From assembly GCA_965238175.1 (NCBI GenBank), contig CBDEGZ010000003.1:160001-224000 (forward strand): a stretch of 64,000 nt of DNA, read 5' to 3'. The notes under the pieces are model-generated. The model did not search any database, had not been told where the DNA came from, and saw only the letters and a list, made by a program, of their open reading frames with translations. This document shows, in pieces, positions 51,646-60,917 of the stretch. The translations under genes and the position numbers were made by a program. Each line of letters begins with the position of its first letter. Position 1 is the first letter of the stretch. This DNA comes from Gammaproteobacteria bacterium. Lineage in GTDB: Bacteria; Pseudomonadota; Gammaproteobacteria; CAJXQU01.

Positions 51646-53517
51646 TTAATTTTTTGTCGTGTCATTAATTTTAGATCTCGACCAAATTCTATTTTCATAA
51701 ATAAGTTTATGCTGTTCGCTAATATTATTTTTTAGTTCAATATGTCCAGGCTCAGAGCTTTCTCTAATATCAGTCATACGACCATGACTTGTGATGTAGT
51801 AATTTTTACCAATATTAATAAGGCCTATAGTATGGTTGCGTTCGAATATAGAACTACCTACAAATGGGTTCTTGGTGTTAGGGAAGCCTAAAAAGTGAAT
51901 AATAGAAGGGGTAAAATCTATTGAAGTGGCATTCATTGCATCAAAATCCTTTACATTAACCCCACGTGGATCGTGAATAATTAGTGGGATTTTATCAGCA
52001 AAAAAGAACTGGTAGTCTTGTATTTTTCTTTTTATGATAGCATCAATATATGAAGCTTCGTGATAACGAGCGTGATCTGTAGTAAAAATAAGAACAGTAT
52101 TCTTATATATGTCCAGCTTCCTAAATTTTTCCCAAAACTTGCCGAATTGCACATCGAGGTCATAGATAGTATTTAGGGCATTGTTGTTCCCATCATCATA
52201 TTTAACACCATTATTTTTTGTATCAAACCAAGCATGTGTCTCCATTGGATATGTAACTAGAAGTTGTGGTTTTTGGGAATGGCTCCAGTTTTTGATTTTG
52301 TTATATATCGCTTCAAATAAAAGATCATTGCGTAAGACTGTACTTCCGAGATTAGGATCTGCCTTTTTTTCTGAGAGTAGTTCAGAAGAGATAGTATCTG
52401 CTGTCATCACTCTATCAAATCCCAGTTGTTGTAACATATCATTTAAATAATCATTTTTCTTTAAATGAGGATCCAGAAAAACAGATTCGTAATGAAGTTC
52501 ATTCAAATAATCTGGGAGACAATAAAAGTCTGCTTGAAACTTTTTATTTCGCCAGTGACTATGGGGGACTGACGCAGGGTACAAAGAACATAATTGTCCA
52601 TGTAGACCTCTAAACGTGGCAGCTGTGTGGTTAAAATAGTTGTGTATTACTAATGAATTTTTGTCTTCAGCAAAATCTGTTATATGTGGCGTTAAGTGTT
52701 CAAAAGTTTGATCGTAATAATTAATTGTTCTTGCAGAAAACCCCTCTACGAATATCACAATTATATGAGGCTTTGGTGTTACTTTTGTGTTTAAAAAAGG
52801 ATCTGAGGTATATATAAAATCTTTTATCAATGGATATTCAACTTCTGGCTTTATTTTCACTTTAAGATTTTCAAGTTCACCATGCGAAGGCACCCCTACT
52901 ATAAGAGAGTATTCCATTGGCGTAAGTTGAGGATAAAATAAACCTAGCATAGACCTAACAGGCGAGTAATGTGAAATCATTAAGAACTCGATATTAGATA
53001 TATTTTGTTCATCTGTGGTAAGAATTTTCTTAGCATATACACGAATTGAAGTGTCAATCATTAGTGTGATGCATAGTGCAAACAGAATATAACGTGCGTT
53101 TGATTTTAATTCTCCCTTTCTTTTTTTATAGAAGAACCAAATCAGGAAAGTAGTAAGAAAAATAAGAGCGCTAAGTAAAATTAATACATTTCCTAGTGTT
53201 GTCACCATACCAATATTATCAGTATTTTCTATGGCAATCTTTGGTAGAAAGGAGAAAGTATTTTCAAGAGATAAATATTGGATTGATATGATGAGGATAT
53301 AGCCTGTGTAGAAACAAATAGCTATAAAATTCCATTTCCTTTTTTCTTGACTAGATAGAAAAAGAAATATCATTGCAGCAATCAGACCCTCTAACACATA
53401 CGTGAAAAGAAAGTAAATGTAAGGAGACGTTACGTTATCTATTCTAGCTATGATCAAATTAATAATAGTAAGCTGAGGAATTAAAAATCCAACAACAAAG
53501 CAAAAGTATTTGACCAT
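51646..53517 (-). CDS. LTA synthase / sulfatase-family membrane protein
   Basis: N-terminal TM segments; IFVEGFS, HTAATFRG, ETH, TTDH; the ORF-track start lies inside IS3, so 53517 (or 53565) is used. Confidence 0.8.
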   Translation of the reverse strand: MVKYFCFVVGFLIPQLTIINLIIARIDNVTSPYIYFLFTYVLEGLIAAMIFLFLSSQEKRKWNFIAICFYTGYILIISIQYLSLENTFSFLPKIAIENTDNIGMVTTLGNVLILLSALIFLTTFLIWFFYKKRKGELKSNARYILFALCITLMIDTSIRVYAKKILTTDEQNISNIEFLMISHYSPVRSMLGLFYPQLTPMEYSLIVGVPSHGELENLKVKIKPEVEYPLIKDFIYTSDPFLNTKVTPKPHIIVIFVEGFSARTINYYDQTFEHLTPHITDFAEDKNSLVIHNYFNHTAATFRGLHGQLCSLYPASVPHSHWRNKKFQADFYCLPDYLNELHYESVFLDPHLKKNDYLNDMLQQLGFDRVMTADTISSELLSEKKADPNLGSTVLRNDLLFEAIYNKIKNWSHSQKPQLLVTYPMETHAWFDTKNNGVKYDDGNNNALNTIYDLDVQFGKFWEKFRKLDIYKNTVLIFTTDHARYHEASYIDAIIKRKIQDYQFFFADKIPLIIHDPRGVNVKDFDAMNATSIDFTPSIIHFLGFPNTKNPFVGSSIFERNHTIGLINIGKNYYITSHGRMTDIRESSEPGHIELKNNISEQHKLIYENRIWSRSKINDTTKN

Positions 53518-53630
53518 AATATTTTTAATTATTTTATAAAACGTTTTACAAGTTCGTAAGGACATAGTGAACCTGCTACATTTTAACGGATACATTAAAT
53601 AGGCGACAATATGCCTTTAGGAGTATCCAA

Positions 53631-53942
53631 ATGACCAGCAACAGAAAACCATACAAAACCTATACCCGAGAATTCAAACTAGAAGCGTTACGCTTGATGG
53701 AGCAATCAGATAAACCGTCATCTGAGATTGCCGCTGAACTTGGTATACGGCGTAATCAGCTCTATAAATGGAAAGAACAACTGACCGACAAAGGTGATAC
53801 TGCATTCCCAGAACAACGTGGAAGGCCTAAGAAAGAAGCACAAAGTGAACTCACCACCTTACGCCAAGATAATGCACGGCTGAAGGAGGAAGTTGAGATA
53901 TTAAAAAAGGCCGCGGTGTACTTTGCAGGCGAACTCAAGTGA
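53631..53942 (+). CDS. IS3 transposase OrfA
   Basis: YTREFKLEAL..IAAELGI..LYKW HTH; A6G slippery site at 53903-53909. Confidence 0.92.
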   Translation: MTSNRKPYKTYTREFKLEALRLMEQSDKPSSEIAAELGIRRNQLYKWKEQLTDKGDTAFPEQRGRPKKEAQSELTTLRQDNARLKEEVEILKKAAVYFAGELK

Positions 53943-54799
53943 AGTACGCCTTTATTAAAATACAACGTCGCCATCACTCTGTGTCGTTATTATGTCGCAC
54001 CCTGACTGTCTCAGTCAGTGGTTATTATGATTGGTTAGACAGGCCTCAAAGTAAGACACACTCAACGAATCAACGGTTACTGACGAAAATAAGATGTTTT
54101 CATCAAGCTAGTTTTAAGCGTTATGGTTCACCTCGGATACATCGAGACCTACTCGATTCAGGTGAAAAAGTAAGTCGACCGCGTGTTGCACGTTTGATGA
54201 AGACTGCTGGCATTCAATCGAAGATGGCCAAACGGTTTGTGATTACAACCAATTCAAAAAATACCACAGCACCTGCACCCGATAGGCTCAAACGTGAATT
54301 TCGTGTCAATGAAACAAATAAAGCCTGGGTAGCTGACACGACCTTTATTCGTACTCGGCAAGGTTGGTTATATTTGGCTACCATGATGGACTTGTATTCA
54401 CGGCAAATTATTGGCTGGGCGATGTCTGAGCGTAATGACACCAAGCTAGTCACTGATGCGTTAACGATGTCGCTGTCACGCAGAGACAAGGCAAAAGATG
54501 TGATTGTCCATTCCGACCAAGGCAGCACTTATGCCTCGGGTGATTATCGAAAGCTCATTAAAGATAATGGCTTCCTTTGTAGTATGAGCCGAAAAGGTGA
54601 ATGCCATGATAATGCGGTCGCTGAAAGTTTCTTCGGCAGCCTCAAAACAGAGTTGGTTGATGATGAGGATTATCGAACACGTAGCGATGCCAAACAAAGC
54701 CTATTTCACTATATTGAAGTGTTTTATAATCGAAGACGGAGGCATTCTTATTTAGGCTATGTTAGCCCTGTAGAATTTGAGCGGGCAAATGCCCCTTAG
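53939..54799 (+). CDS. IS3 transposase OrfB (DDE)
   Basis: YGSPRI, WVADTT, HSDQGS, DNAVAESFF.SLK.E. Confidence 0.94.
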   Translation: MKYAFIKIQRRHHSVSLLCRTLTVSVSGYYDWLDRPQSKTHSTNQRLLTKIRCFHQASFKRYGSPRIHRDLLDSGEKVSRPRVARLMKTAGIQSKMAKRFVITTNSKNTTAPAPDRLKREFRVNETNKAWVADTTFIRTRQGWLYLATMMDLYSRQIIGWAMSERNDTKLVTDALTMSLSRRDKAKDVIVHSDQGSTYASGDYRKLIKDNGFLCSMSRKGECHDNAVAESFFGSLKTELVDDEDYRTRSDAKQSLFHYIEVFYNRRRRHSYLGYVSPVEFERANAP

Positions 54800-54957
54800 T
54801 TATTTGCTCCGTTAAAGTGTTGCAACCTCATAGTTAGTTATTATGAATTCATAATATTCACTTTTAAATTGAATTCATAATCAACAAGAAAATCTAATAA
54901 CAGCTAAACATATTGGAGCTATTTTATTTCGCATAATTAAGATAAAACCAGTTTCTC

Positions 54958-56409
54958 TTAAAAAAGTAACGTCTCAAAAATATCTTTTACTTCTTGGTCT
55001 TGCCAATTTCGTATAAACCGTTCTTTATCTTTTAAAAAAGCGGGTTCGAATGATTTCTTAGTTGTATGTTCTGTCATGGCATCAAGATCGATTAGGCTTA
55101 TAATACCTGTTTTGTCTAGTAATAAGTTTTGTGCTTTTAAATCACCATGACTAATGCGATCATTTTGCAGCAACCAAAAAATAGCCTTGATCTGTTCTAA
55201 TTCGTTTGCAGTTGGTTTGCGATGTTCGTAGACACTAAGGAGTTCTTCAGATTCTATGTATTCTGAAATGAAATACGCAATTCCACGAAACCAACCAATA
55301 CGTTTTTCTATGAAGCCATATGGCCTGGGAGTTTTTAAGCCTATAAATTCCAATAAATTTGCATTTTCCCATGAGTGTGATGCACGTGTTGGGCGCCAGA
55401 ATCGTTTTAAAAAATGCGAAAAACTTTTTATATTATATCGCTTGATCAAAACCGGTTTTTTTTGAATATTTACTTTAACAACAGTGGCTGAATTTCCTGC
55501 TTTAAGAATTGATCCAGTTTCTATTAGTCGATCAATATTTTTAATAAAATCATTATCAAGCTTAGCTATAAAATCAGATCGAAATGCATATTCATATGAA
55601 AACGTTTTTTCATATTTTGTCATGCTGCAGGTTCTAAAGCATTTGCTTAAATAGTTTTGTTTTCTTTTTTTCCAGGCAGAGGAGAGTAATTGATCGAATT
55701 TTTTTATTTCTGCTTCGATAGTTTGTTCTTGGTTGACATTATCTACTGACCAGTTGCGTACTTGGTAATAAATCTCTAAAGCACCTACTAAGTTTGTTTG
55801 ATCTAATTGGTAGAACTGAGCAAATAATTTAGTCAGATTTTTTAAACTTGTTTCTTTATCTAAGCTATTTTGGTCATTTGAGATTTTGATCGAACCAACA
55901 TCTATCAAGTGGATTTCTTCATCGACTAGTAAAATATTATCAAGATGAATGTCATCTTGATAAATACCATGTTGATGTAGTTCGGCCATGCTGTTTAACA
56001 AACTTGTAATGCGGCTATTAGTCTTATTGGGATTGTTCAGGTTGAAACTATTAGCAGCTTTTATATATTCGTAAACAACAGCGAAGCAGCCATTAATATT
56101 TTGACTTTTTTCTATTAAAGCAGGTGTTTTTACATTGGTCTTGGTTACGGCTTCTGATCCTTTTACTTCATTATCATATTCACGATGACCTTTGTGTTTA
56201 GCTGAAAAGAGTTTGAGGACTACCTGCTGGTCATCAACATGGGCCAATAAAACCAAACGTTTTTTCGGCAATATTCTTAAAATTTTTGTACAAACATATT
56301 TGGTCGATGCGTGCTCATGTACACTTATCAGATCAAAAGGCAATGTTAGATTCTTTTCTCCTTGAAGAAAAGAATCGATTTGTGGGCAAGAAGTAATAGA
56401 AGAAGACAT
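54958..56409 (-). CDS. Tandem-domain LPS kinase-like protein
   Basis: Two kinase-like halves: QDDIHLDNIL..LIDVG and HGDLKAQNLL..LIDLD. Confidence 0.8.
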   Translation of the reverse strand: MSSSITSCPQIDSFLQGEKNLTLPFDLISVHEHASTKYVCTKILRILPKKRLVLLAHVDDQQVVLKLFSAKHKGHREYDNEVKGSEAVTKTNVKTPALIEKSQNINGCFAVVYEYIKAANSFNLNNPNKTNSRITSLLNSMAELHQHGIYQDDIHLDNILLVDEEIHLIDVGSIKISNDQNSLDKETSLKNLTKLFAQFYQLDQTNLVGALEIYYQVRNWSVDNVNQEQTIEAEIKKFDQLLSSAWKKRKQNYLSKCFRTCSMTKYEKTFSYEYAFRSDFIAKLDNDFIKNIDRLIETGSILKAGNSATVVKVNIQKKPVLIKRYNIKSFSHFLKRFWRPTRASHSWENANLLEFIGLKTPRPYGFIEKRIGWFRGIAYFISEYIESEELLSVYEHRKPTANELEQIKAIFWLLQNDRISHGDLKAQNLLLDKTGIISLIDLDAMTEHTTKKSFEPAFLKDKERFIRNWQDQEVKDIFETLLF

Positions 56410-57197
56410 TATTGGCTGTGTAATTTTTCAGCACGTTGCTGGACTTTCAACCACAAGTCTTTTTGATCGCTAAGGAGAGTTCGTAAGTTTACATCTGTAT
56501 AGGTTCTCATAAAACGGAAAAGATCGCGTTTTGTAAGTGGAATTTCCATGGCTGAAAAATACAAGCTGCCAAGATCTTTTATAAGCCATCTTTCAGGTGT
56601 TTTTTTACGAATTTCAGCACGATGAAGATCAATTAGAAAAAGACGTGTTTTTTCATCAATCGTATTATGATCTGAAAATGATTTATCTAATAAAAAATGG
56701 CATAAATAAAAGTCGCGATGATTCAATCCATTTTCATGCATCTTCTTTGCGATAGATGCGAGTTTATTGATCAAAACATTTTTAGATAAAAAGGTTGGTG
56801 GCCTTTTTTGCCATTGAGCTCCTAAATGCTCCAGGCTCATTGTGTCAGTTAAATCGTCGGTCACCAAAAAAGATAATTTTTTTGCTGGATTAATACCTTG
56901 CTCACCAAAAGCAGCTATCATCATCGTATCTATTTGTTGCTGTTGTAAAAATTTAATTGCTTGCCATTCATTTTTTGCACTTGTCACTGGCACTCGTAAC
57001 TGAATTAAATTTTTTATGATTTCTCTCCAGCCAACACCCTCGTGTAGTTTTAAGAAATAACTTCCCCCATTAAGATCAAAACGTAGTGTCCTGCGTCCTT
57101 CTTTATGGCGATAAATATCGCCTTGAAGTTTTTGTACGATGGAAAACACATCTTTGTGTGACCACAGTTTTTTTAAATCTTCTCGCAAGTAATACAT
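56409..57197 (-). CDS. waaP: LPS core heptose(I) kinase
   Basis: EGRRTLRF, GVGWREIIKNL, NHRDFYLCHFL, IDLHRA, KDLGSLYFS. Confidence 0.93.
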   Translation of the reverse strand: MYYLREDLKKLWSHKDVFSIVQKLQGDIYRHKEGRRTLRFDLNGGSYFLKLHEGVGWREIIKNLIQLRVPVTSAKNEWQAIKFLQQQQIDTMMIAAFGEQGINPAKKLSFLVTDDLTDTMSLEHLGAQWQKRPPTFLSKNVLINKLASIAKKMHENGLNHRDFYLCHFLLDKSFSDHNTIDEKTRLFLIDLHRAEIRKKTPERWLIKDLGSLYFSAMEIPLTKRDLFRFMRTYTDVNLRTLLSDQKDLWLKVQQRAEKLHSQ

Positions 57198-57319
57198 TTC
57201 AGTCCAAAAGATAAGCGACTGCCACAGAGTTCAATTGCATCAAAGACTTGCGTAGTAATGTCTGCGACGAAATAGATTCGATTGAGTTTATCATTTCTTC
57301 GATTTCTTATATCTGACCA

Positions 57320-57472
57320 TTAATTACTATTTTGAGCTTTGATAACGGCAACTTTCTTTTCCCATTTTTCCAGCGCTCGTTGATAATAATCCATGATACA
57401 GGGATCGCAATGGCGACCGCAGCATTCGTAATCCTCTGGTTTTTTTGGTTTTGGTGGTAATTCTTCTGCCAT
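57320..57472 (-). CDS. Small cysteine-cluster protein (oxidoreductase-like N-terminal domain), 50 aa, not in ORF track
   Basis: Hand translation MAEELPPKPKKPEDYECCGRHCDPCIMDYYQRALEKWEKK...; PPxPxxP..CCG..C.PC..D.Y motif. Confidence 0.75.
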   Translation of the reverse strand: MAEELPPKPKKPEDYECCGRHCDPCIMDYYQRALEKWEKKVAVIKAQNSN

Positions 57473-57529
57473 ACCCCGATCTTACCGTTTCTATTAATCA
57501 TCAGGCAATTCCGCTATGCTGCGTGCACT

Positions 57530-58822
57530 ATGACGGACACACACCTATCAGATCGTCGATTTTCTGAATTTGGACTTCACGAAAAACTACAGCAAGGTTT
57601 GGATGAAATCGGATTTGAATTTTCTACGCCAATACAGGCACTCGCACTTCCTCTAGCGCTAGAAGGAAAAGATGTTGCCGGTCAAGCGCAAACTGGCACC
57701 GGCAAAACTGCGGCATTCTTATTAGCAACGATGAATGTGCTTCTTACCGAAAAAGCTTCACCTAATCGAAAATTGAATCAACCACGAGCGCTCATCATTG
57801 CGCCAACGCGTGAGTTAGCCATCCAGATCCATAAGGATGCGGTCACTTTAGGCAAGCATACGGATTTAGAACTGGGTTTAGTCTATGGCGGCGTTGACTA
57901 CGAGAAACAGCGTAAGTCAGTAAAAGAAGGTGTGGATATTTTGATCGGAACACCTGGACGGATCATCGATTATTTTAAGCAGCATGTGTTTGATCTACGC
58001 GCTCTTCAAGTTGCAGTATTAGATGAAGCAGATCGAATGTTCGATCTGGGTTTTATAAAAGATATCCGGTTTTTATTCCGCCGCATGCCTAAACCTGAAA
58101 AACGCCTTAGCATGATGTTTTCAGCGACCTTGTCATTTCGGGTAAAAGAACTCGCCTACGAGCACATGAATAACCCACAATCAGTCGAAGTGAAAACTGA
58201 AAATGTGACTGCAGATAGTGTTAAACAAAGCTTGTATCATGTTCAAAATGAAGAAAAAATCCCATTATTGATCGGTCTTTTAAATCAAATTGATTCACCA
58301 CGCGCGATCATTTTTGTTAATACAAAACGTGTTGCTGAGAATGTCACAGGTTGGTTGATGGGCAATAACTATAAAGTGGGTTTGATTTCCGGTGATGTCC
58401 CACAGAAAAAGCGTGAACGTCTAATCAGAGAAATTGAGTCTGGCGAGATCCGCTTGTTGGTGGCGACGGATGTTGCAGCGCGGGGATTACACATTCCTGA
58501 CATCACACATGTCTTTAATTATGACCTTCCACAGAATGAAGAAGATTATGTTCATCGTATTGGGCGTACCGCACGTGCTGGCGCTGCGGGTATAGCGATT
58601 AGTTTTGGTTGTGAAGAATTCGTTTTTTCACTTATGGAGATTGAGGCCTATATCGGTCATAAAATTCCAATAGATGCGATCAGTAATGAATTATTAGCCT
58701 CCCCGAAACCACCGATTAAACTTAAAAAAAACCCACCTAATCGAAATAATACTAAGAAAAATACTAATAACAAATCAAGAAACAACCCTCGTAACAATCA
58801 ACAACGTCAAAAAAAGGTCTAA
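57530..58822 (+). CDS. rhlB: ATP-dependent RNA helicase RhlB
   Basis: GQAQTGTGKT, PTRELAIQI, DEADRMFDLGFIKDIR, HRIGRTAR. Confidence 0.93.
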   Translation: MTDTHLSDRRFSEFGLHEKLQQGLDEIGFEFSTPIQALALPLALEGKDVAGQAQTGTGKTAAFLLATMNVLLTEKASPNRKLNQPRALIIAPTRELAIQIHKDAVTLGKHTDLELGLVYGGVDYEKQRKSVKEGVDILIGTPGRIIDYFKQHVFDLRALQVAVLDEADRMFDLGFIKDIRFLFRRMPKPEKRLSMMFSATLSFRVKELAYEHMNNPQSVEVKTENVTADSVKQSLYHVQNEEKIPLLIGLLNQIDSPRAIIFVNTKRVAENVTGWLMGNNYKVGLISGDVPQKKRERLIREIESGEIRLLVATDVAARGLHIPDITHVFNYDLPQNEEDYVHRIGRTARAGAAGIAISFGCEEFVFSLMEIEAYIGHKIPIDAISNELLASPKPPIKLKKNPPNRNNTKKNTNNKSRNNPRNNQQRQKKV

Positions 58823-58824
58823 TG

Positions 58825-59895
58825 CTAGCTGTCAGCTTTTTCCGATAGACAAATTCGATTTCTTCCGGTTTCTTTTGCTTTGTATAAAGCCTGATCTGCT
58901 CTCTCAATCAAATCTTCGAGGTTTTCGTTATCTTTTAATTCAGCTGCGCCAAGACTGGTTGTGATATTAATACTGTTGCCATTAAAACTGATCGATGATT
59001 CTTCAATTGCTTTACGAATCCGCTCGCCAACAGCAGAAGCTGCAGTAATGTCTGATTGTGGTAACACGATCAAAAACTCCTCGCCGCCAGTTCTTCCGAT
59101 CACATCGTTACCACGAATAACGTTATTCATGCGTGTGGCAACTTTTTTTAGCACCTCATCACCCATAGCATGACCATAAGTATCATTTACATGTTTAAAG
59201 AAATCGATATCTGCCACGATCAACGAAAATTTATAGCCATTTTGTGCAGAATCTGCAAAAGCATTTTGAGCTTGCCCTATGATGGATTCGCGACTGCTAA
59301 TACCCGTCAACATATCAAAATTTACTTTTGTAGATAGAGCCTCTTTTTCACTGCGTAAATTTAATAACGAGTTTTCCAGCGATTCTAAATTGATTGAAAA
59401 ATAAGTGTCGGTTGCCAGTGAAATGTCAAGACTAACTATCTTCAAAGTGAAATTGGACAGGTCAAATTTTTGTTTATGATCCAGATTCTCAGTAAGGTCT
59501 ATTCTTTTTAAAATCAAACCTTGTAAGTATAGATAAGAACATTGATAAAGTGAAAGCGGCAATTCGATTAAAGCGTGACGCAGGCCAATTTGGAGGCGCT
59601 GTTCAAAATACGTCACCGAAGCATAATCCACTCCGAGCGTCTTAATATAGTGTCGTTGTGTATTTTTAAGCCGATTAATATCGTGTTGCTTGAGAAATGC
59701 AAGGGTCTGTTTTTCGCCAAGCATGTAAACGTAAAAATCATCTATTAGTTGGTCGATATTAGGGAGTAAAATTTGTTCATGCAATTGTTTAGCAAATATA
59801 CAGTCAGGGGGATCGAGGCGCATCAACTGCAACCTAGTGCGACGGCCCGTAGAATTAAAACCGTATTTTGTACAAAGTGACTTCATCTGACTCAA
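58825..59895 (-). CDS. Globin-coupled diguanylate cyclase
   Basis: Protoglobin-like N-terminus (IDDFY..RLQIGLRH); DIDFFKHVNDTYGH, RGND I-site, GGEEF. Confidence 0.85.
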   Translation of the reverse strand: MSQMKSLCTKYGFNSTGRRTRLQLMRLDPPDCIFAKQLHEQILLPNIDQLIDDFYVYMLGEKQTLAFLKQHDINRLKNTQRHYIKTLGVDYASVTYFEQRLQIGLRHALIELPLSLYQCSYLYLQGLILKRIDLTENLDHKQKFDLSNFTLKIVSLDISLATDTYFSINLESLENSLLNLRSEKEALSTKVNFDMLTGISSRESIIGQAQNAFADSAQNGYKFSLIVADIDFFKHVNDTYGHAMGDEVLKKVATRMNNVIRGNDVIGRTGGEEFLIVLPQSDITAASAVGERIRKAIEESSISFNGNSINITTSLGAAELKDNENLEDLIERADQALYKAKETGRNRICLSEKADS

Positions 59896-59942
59896 GCAAA
59901 AATGACCAAATAACCATAAAATATGTAAGGTTAAGGCTTATT

Positions 59943-60617
59943 CTATATTAGTTTTAATCTAGATGTAATCCAACGACCGATTTCCTCAATTTCTTCAAGT
60001 GATACAGAGTGTTGCATCGGATATTCATGCCAGTTGATAGGATAACCTGCTTGTTTTAGTTGATCAGATGAATCTTGGCCTTGTTGTAATGGAATGATTG
60101 GGTCCATTGTCCCGTGAGCCATAAAAATGGGCGTATTCGAATTAGCTGAGTTTGCCTCTGTGGCTAATCGATCTGGCAAAGCAAGATAAGTAGATAATGC
60201 CAGTAAACCACCAAGAGGTTTTGTATATCGTAGTCCGGTATGAAGAATAATAACGCCGCCTTGAGAGAAACCGGCTAATAGGATTTTATCTGATGAAATT
60301 CCTTGTTCGATCTCATGATCGATTAAGGCTTCAAGGATCTTCTGTGATGACTCAATACCTTCGACATCTTCCTTTTTGCGTAAATTTACTTCTAGAATAT
60401 CGTACCAGGCACGCATCACCATACCGCCGTTTATTGTCACGGCTTGCATTGGTGCGTGAGGGAAAATAAAACGTATGCCGTGATTTTGAGGTAATTGTAA
60501 AGCTGGGATCACAGATTCAAAATCATGTCCATCAGCACCCAAACCATGCAACCAGATAACACTGGCTGTATGCTGACCTTTGGGCTCTAAAATAACAGAA
60601 GATTCATTATCGATCAT
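59943..60617 (-). CDS. Carboxylesterase/phospholipase
   Basis: WLHGLGADGHDF, AWYDI, GFSQGG, HGTMD, HSV. Confidence 0.92.
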   Translation of the reverse strand: MIDNESSVILEPKGQHTASVIWLHGLGADGHDFESVIPALQLPQNHGIRFIFPHAPMQAVTINGGMVMRAWYDILEVNLRKKEDVEGIESSQKILEALIDHEIEQGISSDKILLAGFSQGGVIILHTGLRYTKPLGGLLALSTYLALPDRLATEANSANSNTPIFMAHGTMDPIIPLQQGQDSSDQLKQAGYPINWHEYPMQHSVSLEEIEEIGRWITSRLKLI

Positions 60618-60749
60618 GTAAGGGAACTCTATATGTAATGATAGGTTAAGGATAAAGATCAAAGCGTAAAGGTCAATGGAAATGATCAATTATGGTATCC
60701 TTCGACATGAAATTCATAACCATAAATTCATCTTAATATTTTAAATACC

Positions 60750-60893
60750 ATGATAAATATAAAAAACATCATATTTGGATTATTGATCAGCGTATCTTTG
60801 TTGCTTGCAGGTTGTGGTCAAAAAGGTGATCTCTATCTTCCAGATCAGGAAAAGGCGAGTCTGGAAAAGCTCGAAATTCGTCTAATTGCCTAA
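60750..60893 (+). CDS. lptM: Small lipoprotein LptM/YifL-like (47 aa, not in ORF track)
   Basis: MINIKN...LLLAGCGQKGDLYLP; immediately upstream of lysA. Confidence 0.85.
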   Translation: MINIKNIIFGLLISVSLLLAGCGQKGDLYLPDQEKASLEKLEIRLIA

Positions 60894-60917
60894 TAAAACC
60901 AAATAAATAATCTCAAC

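Larger units (their letters stand above)
53568..54830 (+). mobile_element. IS3-family insertion sequence, 1263 bp, apparently intact
   Basis: IRL TGAACCTGCTACATTTTAACGGA, IRR (rc) TGAGGTTGCAACACTTTAACGGA, TG...CA ends, 3-bp TAG target duplication. Confidence 0.92.

Noticed and set aside
53566-53595. ORF-track start of the sulfatase gene
   Set aside because: Lies almost entirely within the IS3 left inverted repeat
57307-57501. 64-aa ORF from the track
   Set aside because: An alternative frame (57320-57472) carries a recognisable motif
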